DNA of 64,000 nucleotides from Candidatus Peregrinibacteria bacterium (GTDB taxonomy: Bacteria > Patescibacteriota > Gracilibacteria > UBA1369 > JABINC01). The stretch is from contig JABINC010000041.1 of the NCBI GenBank assembly GCA_018697675.1, positions 571 through 64,570 on the forward strand, read 5' to 3'. Position numbers and translations under genes: made by a program. Each line of letters opens with the position of its first letter. The first letter of the stretch is position 1. Shown here piece after piece: positions 52,101-61,100 of the stretch. A model generated the notes under the pieces. It saw only the letters and a program-made list of their open reading frames with translations, did no database searches and had not been told where the DNA came from.

Positions 52101-55100
52101 CAAAAAAGAAAGTAGATTTGATGTGCTTCCTCCACAAAAAAGAGGTGTAATAAACGAAGTCCTTAACGAACAAAAAGACCTGATCTTACTAGACACTGCA
52201 CTTTCAATCGCAACAAAAGAAGAAGCCCTAAAAAAACCAGTCGATGCACTGAAATTATGGCTAGATGGCTACAACCCCGTAGAAGATCGAATAGAAGGGA
52301 AAGTTGAAATATCAGTAGATAAATTCTTAGAATGGGTAATAAAGGATGAAACAAACATGATTGATACAGAAGTGGTTGAAGTTGAAGTCGAACTCGATGA
52401 AGGAGTTAAGAAAAATATTGGTCAAACTCTACTAACTTTCTGGAAAAAAGAACTCGATGCAATAGTAGGACCAAAAGAAAGAGCGAAAATTGAAGTTGAA
52501 GAAATAGCTGCAAACAAAGATTATGCAAAGGATTGGGTGAAAAAAGAAGACGTAATAAAACTAGCAGGAGGACCTATCAACTACTTCACTCGTGAAAAGG
52601 TTTTCCCAAAATTTGACGATCCAGATCAAAAAATAGATTCAAAAACTGAAAAATTAATAGATCAATTTACTTCGGACTCTGCAGACTATTTAAAAATAGA
52701 CGGGAAATTAAGACCTCTGGATTTCGGGGAAGTAGAAAAGAAAAGAATCTCAACAACCCTCCGACAAATCGACTACAGAAATGAAATATTACCAGGAGCA
52801 GACGAGCTAGTAGCCACAGAAAAACGCATTGCCACTGCCCTTACAAAGGCGTTGATAGCGAAAATAACAGTAGGAGGAACTCTTCAAACCCAAAGCTTCA
52901 AAGATGAAAAAGAGGCCCTAGAAGTACAACTAGGTCTCGCGCCACATACAAAAAAACATGCAGACCTACCAATTATCAAATCCCCTGTCGGACAACGTGC
53001 AGGACAAGATGAATTTTTCAGAGAACTTATCGATAGATTTATAAATCCAAAAACATATGGAATAACAATGAAAGGAATAGATTCACACCTACTCCCATTT
53101 AGCAAAACAGGCGCAGGCGCAGAAGGAAAAGAAATTCTAGTAGCAGATCTCGAAGCATTATTAACAAGATTAGAGAATGAATACGGATACAAGAGCTCAG
53201 ACAAAGACATAGGAGGAATACGAGATGCCGTAGAAGATCGGCCATATCTAGAAGCTCGCTTCGAAGCTGCCTTCCGTGAACAACAGAAAGAAGGCAGAAG
53301 AGATATCAACAACTCTGAAGATCAAGAGTTTTTCGAACATGGACTCACCGCCCTAACAGAAAAAGTGGCAAAAGGTGAAAATATAGAAGAGGATTTGAGA
53401 AAATTAACGGGGAGCTTCTCAGAAACTCTTCAAGAAGCACTTGAAGCTGAAGCTATGAAATACATCCTCGTAAATACGATGGAAGTCTTGGCAGTAGAAA
53501 ATCCAGAAGCTCTCAAAACCATGGCAGACCCAGCGATAGATGAGAAAGCCTCATTCTTTAGATATTTAGAATACGTCGGAGAAAGAACCGGCCTACTCAT
53601 CCGAAATGATGATGAAATAAATGACGTAAGATTAAAGGCTATCTTCCAATCACTACTTGTAATAACTAGATCTGACGACCCTGAAGTGCCAGACGAAAGA
53701 TACGATGGCAGGAAAAACTTATACGAACGATTTTATGACTTCTCAAACAACAATCTTTCCTATGGGGAAGATCGCGAATTCCGACTATGGCTCGATGATT
53801 CTCCAGGGAAATTAAATCCAGATGAATTCTTAGCCGAATTCAAATTACTACTAAAAGAATCAACTACCAGCAAAGAAATAAAAGAGCATTTCGAGAGACT
53901 CGAGGCATTCAAAAATTATTTAACTTCAAATGTATATGCCAACGAAATAAGCCTCACGGAAAATCTCGATGGGACTTTGAAAACAGATTCCGAAGGAGAA
54001 GATATATGGAGTTTAATAAGACGACTTGAAGCAAATCTCATAATCGAAGGGCAAGAAGAATTCTTAAATCTCTCTCCAGAAGAAAAACTCACGCAAATGG
54101 TCCCTATGTACGAAGCAGCATTCATGAAACACGGATCTGCAGAAGTGGATATTTTAGAGAAACTTGAAAAAGCACAATACGACAAACTTATGGGTATCCG
54201 AGCAGATAGAGAAATTACTTACCCTCAGCTTTCGATGATAGCAGATATTGCAGGAGTAATCTTAAGCCCAAAAGAAAAAGGCTCGAAAGAGATCGTAATA
54301 AAAGAGAACACTGACTACATAGACCTTACCAAAAATCCGGAAGAAAAAGATGACATGGATACTATGGAGGTAATTGCAAATAATATTCGACACTACATTG
54401 ATCTTCGAAGCAATCGCCGACCATCGGAAGGCGAGCTAAGAACAGAAAGAGATCTAATAGAAGAAATACAATACATATATACAAAAGATGTAGATAAATT
54501 TGACTACCCTGCGGTAATAACAAGAGTACTAAAAGCCGGTAAAGAAAGTAAAAAATGGACTTCGATAAAAATATCCGAAGATATATTTCTTCATAATGTG
54601 ATAGGAAATTATCCTGAACAAATGGATGATATCATCACAATGTATATGGCCGGAGACGATCACAACGGATACTTTTATAAATACATGCAACGCCAAAGAT
54701 ACAATAGAAATCCTGAAGCTCTGAAATCATTAAAAGTTGAAGACTTAGCGAAAAATCTGAAAGAAGCTTCGGGAATGCCAATACGTTACCTGAAAAAACA
54801 TTTTGGACTAGCTGCAGCATTGGAAGAATACCAAGAGGCCGCTTTGTCACCAAACGACTGGCTAGACCTAGTTGTAGAGAGAAGGCAAACAGAGCTCGAA
54901 GGACTTGAATCAGAACTCTTAAAATCCAAAAAAGATATTCTCGAGAAAAAACTCAAAGAGTTAGAAGAACTTGAAAGAGAAAAAATCGGACTTGAGGAAC
55001 AAAAAGAGGAATTGGAAGAAGATGGAGGAACCTACATCGAATATGACGAAGGAGGAGACGATCCAAATGCGGATCGCAGAGACACACCAATCCGAATCGC

Positions 55101-58100
55101 CCTCGACAGCGAAGATGGACTAGCTCAAGACGTCGACATAGATACGGTCGGCGATCCAGTAGAAGAACTCGACAATCAAATTGATGTGATAGAAGCACAA
55201 ATCTCAGAACTCGAATGGGCGATAGAATTTTTCCACTCTCTAGATGGAGAAATTGAAGGTATTGAAGATGAAGGCGTTAAAACATTTATACAAAAAAAAT
55301 TAGAAACTCTAACCGAAGAAAACTTCATACAAACAATGCACGATATTGATTTAATATGGTCAACGATAAGAAATACTGAACCAGAACTCCCAGGAGAGGC
55401 GGAGACAATCGAAATAAGCGAAGAAATAGATGGGAGCATCCCACCTCGCAGGCAGAAATGGTATGACGAAATTCTTGAATTTAGAAATAGAGACGCTGCA
55501 GATCCTACTCTAGAAGCAGAGGTTGTAGAAGCAGCTCAAACACTAACTCGAGACTTAGAACAATCTTCCAAAAAAGATAATGACATAGACGTTGGAGAGG
55601 ACTTAGAAAATCATCTCGCAATATTAGAAGACGAAAGTGCACTCAGGACTGCGGCCCTGATGTCTCAATTATTAACAACCGGAAATCTAGACAGCGACTC
55701 CGAAGAAATTCCAACCATGGCAGAATCAGAATTCGATACACTTCTCATGTCAGTTTTCAGCGACGAGAACGCATTCAGAACATTCTCAACTGCAAAACGC
55801 CTAACCCTAGAAAGCTTGGCAGACACATGGCAAGCTGAACTAAACACAGAAAGAAGAAAAGAAATATTTCAAACTCTCAAAAAAGAATTTTTCAGATCAA
55901 TTGATTCGACATTCTTAGCAATCGCTGAACGTTCAAAAACCCCAGAAGAATACAGAACTGTGATGAGTTATCTCGTAGAAAAAGGGGATAAGAACTTCCA
56001 GTTACAGGAACGCTACAGATACTTATTTTATGAACTCACCAAATACGCTATTCCAAAAGAAACTTCAGAAACTGACAAAACAGGACACGAATTAACAGAA
56101 AAAGAAGCTTTCATAGACGAGAAAAGAGCAGGCCTCGCAAGAGACCTAAGTTATCAAGGAGCCCTACTCGAACAAGAATTCAGAGCAAGTACCTTGAACA
56201 AGGGAGGAAAAGATAATCTCAAGGATTCCAAAGTGGATTTCTCAAATTTCCAACATCTAAGCAAAAATGTGTTTACAGAAAAATTCCGATACGCAGTACG
56301 TGGTGGGGATTTCTTAACCGGAAGAGAGGCAGAAAGGGTGTACGGAAGTGCACTCGGAATGCTAGAAGCCAGCAAAGCAGGACGACACGACATAATTGGA
56401 TTTGGGGACTTGGCACTTTATTCATTCTATGCAAAAGAAAAACCGAAATGGTACGATCCACTTGCACTCCAAAAACCTAAAACCGCCCTTCACGCAAAAG
56501 AAAAATTCTTCACAGAATTCGAAGAATTAGAAACTTTAGTGAAATTACAAAAAACCCACAAAGGAGATTTCGAAGATGGGAATTATGAAAACGAAGACTG
56601 GTATAAAAAGGATTATCTACCAGCGGCGACATCTGCTGCCCTACGCGTAACTGACGGACAAGGACCTGTATACAAAGCATTAATGGAAGAATTAAAAGCA
56701 GGGGGAATGCCACATGTACTCGATGTCAAACATCTGAGAATGGAACAATTCATAGTTGACTCTGCCAAAGTCATAAGAGTACTCGAAAGAATAAACCAAG
56801 ACATCGCAATCGAAAACTTGGCAGCGAACGCAGAAGATTACGGCAAGGTGGAAACAATAGTCACATACATAGAAACAATCTACGCTGATGATTTTGCAGA
56901 TGGCAGTTATGAAACCAAAGATTGGTACAACAAAGAATATCTACCGATGATAGAAGTGGCCACAAGAGAGTTAAAATTAACAGATGAGATGGTAGAGAGT
57001 TTGAAAAAAGGAGAACTAACAGAAGAAATAAAAGAACTCATAACCGAATACAACGAATTACCTAGGTCATTCAAAGAAATTTACGAAAAAATCGGTTACA
57101 ATAAATTATCTCCAAAAGATCGAGAGAAAGTTAGTCCAGCGGAACTTATTAACCTATACGAACTCTTATTAACACAGAGTAAAATTTACTCGACTTACTC
57201 AGCTAAAATTCATAGCAATGAAGGAGAAAAATTAATTCACGAAGAATGGGTCGCTGAATGGGTAGAAGAAAGCTACAAACCTACAATGTTAGAAGCTGTA
57301 GGGCTTCTGAATTTGGATTTAACAGAAAATGAATGGGAAAGCCTCAAAGATCCATCATCTATCACAGTCCCACAATCACTAAGAGAAATGTTAGATGCAT
57401 ATCGTTCAGCTAGACCAGAGATTCTCGAAGCAGCTCACAAAGACTGGACATTCAAAGAGCGTAAACATGCCAAGAAGTATGACAGAATTCATGAAAGCAT
57501 CATTTCAAACAAAGAATTACTCGACCCTGCAACTCACAAGGATCTAAGACTACACGAAGGATTCATGGAGGCAGCTGAAACTAATCCAGAATATGAATTT
57601 GATGACTTGAGAAATGCGGCAGGCCCTTATTCAGAACACGATATAGCATTCAATCATCCACTTACAGAACGTCTACCACAAATTGATAGTTTTGAAGCGA
57701 TATACATATCAGATCAATTTGTAAAAACCTTCATAGAAGAATTCAAAATGCTCGATGGCATCAAACCAGCACGCAAAAGAGCTCTCGTAGAGAAATTCCG
57801 CAAGAACCCAGAAGATATTGCAAAACTTTTTTACGCAGCAAACGGAATAGACGCTCTACACAGAAATCCTTGGGACACATTTAAAATAAATTTCGAAAAA
57901 GATGCGGCTGGAGAACCGACAGGTCGCAAATGGCTAGTTCTAGATCCAATTCAATTCAATATACATCAATTTGTAGAACATAACGCAGACCTACTCGGAT
58001 CAGTAGAATTCAAAAAACCAAAACCAAAAGAAATTTTCGAAAATCCAGAAGGAGAAGGCCTCATAGGAATTGTGAGCAGAATCGAAGAATTCGAACATGT

Positions 58101-61100
58101 GGTATTTGATCAACAGGAATTTGCATTGGATAGGATTCAAGGCGGCGGAGATAAACTACACTCGTTCATGGAATACGCTCTACGCATGCATGAAATGGGC
58201 AGAGATGAAAAAGGAACCGACCGACCAAACAGATCAGAACTACAAGCTGGGGAAACAGAAAAATACAGAGATCCATTCGAAGCATTCTCAAACAGAGATT
58301 CTGCATGGGATCAATATCTAGGAAGAACTTTTGACAGTGAAGGAAATAAAGAAAATATTGACGCTCTAAGAACTGAGTACGCAGATAGGATGCTTCGCCA
58401 AGGTATGTCAGCTATGCGAATTCTCTCTGTCTACCCAGACAGTTGGGATCCTAGATTTGAAAAAATGATAGATGGGGATACGATAAGTGACTTCTACGAA
58501 AGCATACAAGTACTACTCGGCGAAGAGGCGGTTGAAACTCTCGGACTAGAAGAAGGCGGTGTACTCAGGGGAATCGAAAAACTTCAGGATTCAGAAATCT
58601 CATTTTTTGGAGCAGAAAATTCGCAGCGCCTTGCAGAATTATCAGAAAGACAAATCGGAGCTTTGGCTACCGTAGTCCAACTCGGAAAAGTCTACGAAAA
58701 AGTACTCATTCACGGAATTGAAAGAAAAGAAGCGGTATTCCAGGCATTCGCACTACATAAATATTCAGAAGGAGATCTCACAGTAGACCTACCTGAAATA
58801 TTACGTGCACAAGACCGAATGTTCGCAGCTCAAGGTATCGTATTAACTCCAGAAGAGCTTTATTCAATCGGAGAATCGCTTGTAAAAAGAATTGAAACCA
58901 ATGGAATCCCAACTCTAGTGCAGAGTGCAGAAGCTTACCAGACTGGAAGTGAATACATGGATTTCCGTACCCTACTCGCATTCCCACCAAACGGAATCAC
59001 AAAGAGAAGGTACGAAGAAATGGAAGTGTTTATAGACAGAATTTCCAGAGATACAAAAGATTCTTCAGAAATAGACTACATAACTATGACGAATGCTTTG
59101 ACTGATTTCCCAGATCTACTAGCAGATGATGAAGAATTTATGGCTTGGAAAATGAAGGTGTTGAGTGATTTCGATGACCAAGAAGTACAAGATGCAATTG
59201 CTCCATATGCAAGCGATGAGCTAAAAGAAAACTTCGGAGAATACTTAGACGCATACATAAAAATACGCCGATGGGACAGACAAGTAACGGACTCTTATAC
59301 AGAACGTGTAGAGCGCCTATTCGGAGATTTAGCTGGAGAAGAATTGGCTAAAAACATGCCAATGTATTTAAAAAAATATGAAGAAATTCAAGGAAAAAAA
59401 GAAGTGCAAAACGAGCTCCCATACATAGCAGAATATGTATACTTAAGAGATAGTTTTGAATCAGCTAAAAAAGGACTACCGAGAGGAATAATGAAATTAC
59501 AAATGAAAGCTCTTGAGAAAAAAGAAGGATTCGACATGAGCAATGTGGATTTATACGATTCTTTACAAACAAAGATCGACCTACTCTACAAAGAAGGAGA
59601 TGAGTTGCCAGATGGCAAATATCCAATAGAAAAATTAGAAGAAATACTCGTACTGAACTTCGGCGGCATCCTAACTCGCGCTCTTTATGACATGGAGGAA
59701 GAAGCCTCTATGAATTTATTTGTAGGACTTGGAATAGATGTGAATATTTCAGCTAAACGTGCGGCCCTCGGGATAAATGTAGGAACAGAATTAAGCCCGA
59801 CAGATAGGCTTGATCTACTAGTCGTACTCTCCCCTGGCAATCAATTTCGAATATCAGGAGGAGCAATGAAAACTTTTGAAGATCTAGGTAAAGAAGATCA
59901 AGGAACGCTAGAACTATTCATACATGCAGGAGGAGATTTCTTGAGAGGAGGATTCGTCGGAAGTGCAGGATTTGACCACAGAACACAAGTAAAAGATAAC
60001 TTAGAAGTCGGAGGAGGAGCATTTATAAGTGCAGAGGCAAGTGAAGCATCTGTAAAATTAATGGCTGGAGGATCATTTGGAATCCATACACTATCTCCAG
60101 AAAGCCTCGAAGAAAAATACGCAGAACAACTGGAGGAAGCTAGGAAGGGCCCATTAAAAACAGAATTAAGACGCCTCGATGATTACTTCAAGAAACATCC
60201 AGACTTCCGAGAACTGAGACCAACTGAATTAAAACCAATAAGAGACGGTATTGAAAAAGCAATGGAAGAAATATTACTCATGGCAATTATCGATGCAGAA
60301 GCGGGAGGAGCAGCAATGCCAAAAAACATACCAATATTCAAAGGAATTGAATTCGGAGGAAGCGCGGGAGTAGGATTTGATCCTAAAGCGCCATTCAAGA
60401 GTCCACTCTATCTGAATGCATTCATCGGAGTAAGATTGTCAGTAGACGGAAGAATCGTCATGCGAAGACTTGTAGATCCAGAACATATCATGGACGAAGC
60501 TTCTGATACGGCAATCATGGAAACAATGAAAGATGAGAAAATAGTTGCCGGAGAAATGAACTTGGGTGCACCTATTTCAATCGAAGGCCTAAATGTATTC
60601 TCAGCGGCGCGCGCAAGAGAAATTCTCAGAAGTTGGAGCAGAATCGAAGGACAAGCGAAATTCTACGAAGCAGGATCAGGTTCGGATAAAACTAGAAATC
60701 CAGAAGGAGAAATTGAACTCGAACTCAAAAATCACTACGAAATGACTGTTGGAATTGAATCCAAAGAAAAATTCATGAAGAAACAAAGAGAGCGATTCTC
60801 AGGATACTTAGCAGATTACAACAGAGATATATCTCCAGCGGAAGTGCGATTTGACCAACTAGAGAGTGAGGATTCATACCGAGCTCGCATGACTCTTTCA
60901 AATACGCAAGGTCACACAGAAATCCACATAGATCCTCAGGCAGAAGACCTGGTCTCAGTGGATCCAGAAACCGGAGATCTAATATTTGATTTCTTTAGTG
61001 GCTTCCCAATCATTACAAAAGAAGTATTCGAATACGAATCAAGTCATTACGGAGCAAATACACTAAACGTATATACAATCCGATTTAACAGACACTTAAC

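Noticed and set aside
58186-58206. HEMGR as a possible zinc-protease motif in the giant protein
   Set aside because: Not HExxH; no complete metalloprotease or other catalytic motif noticed in the parts translated by eye
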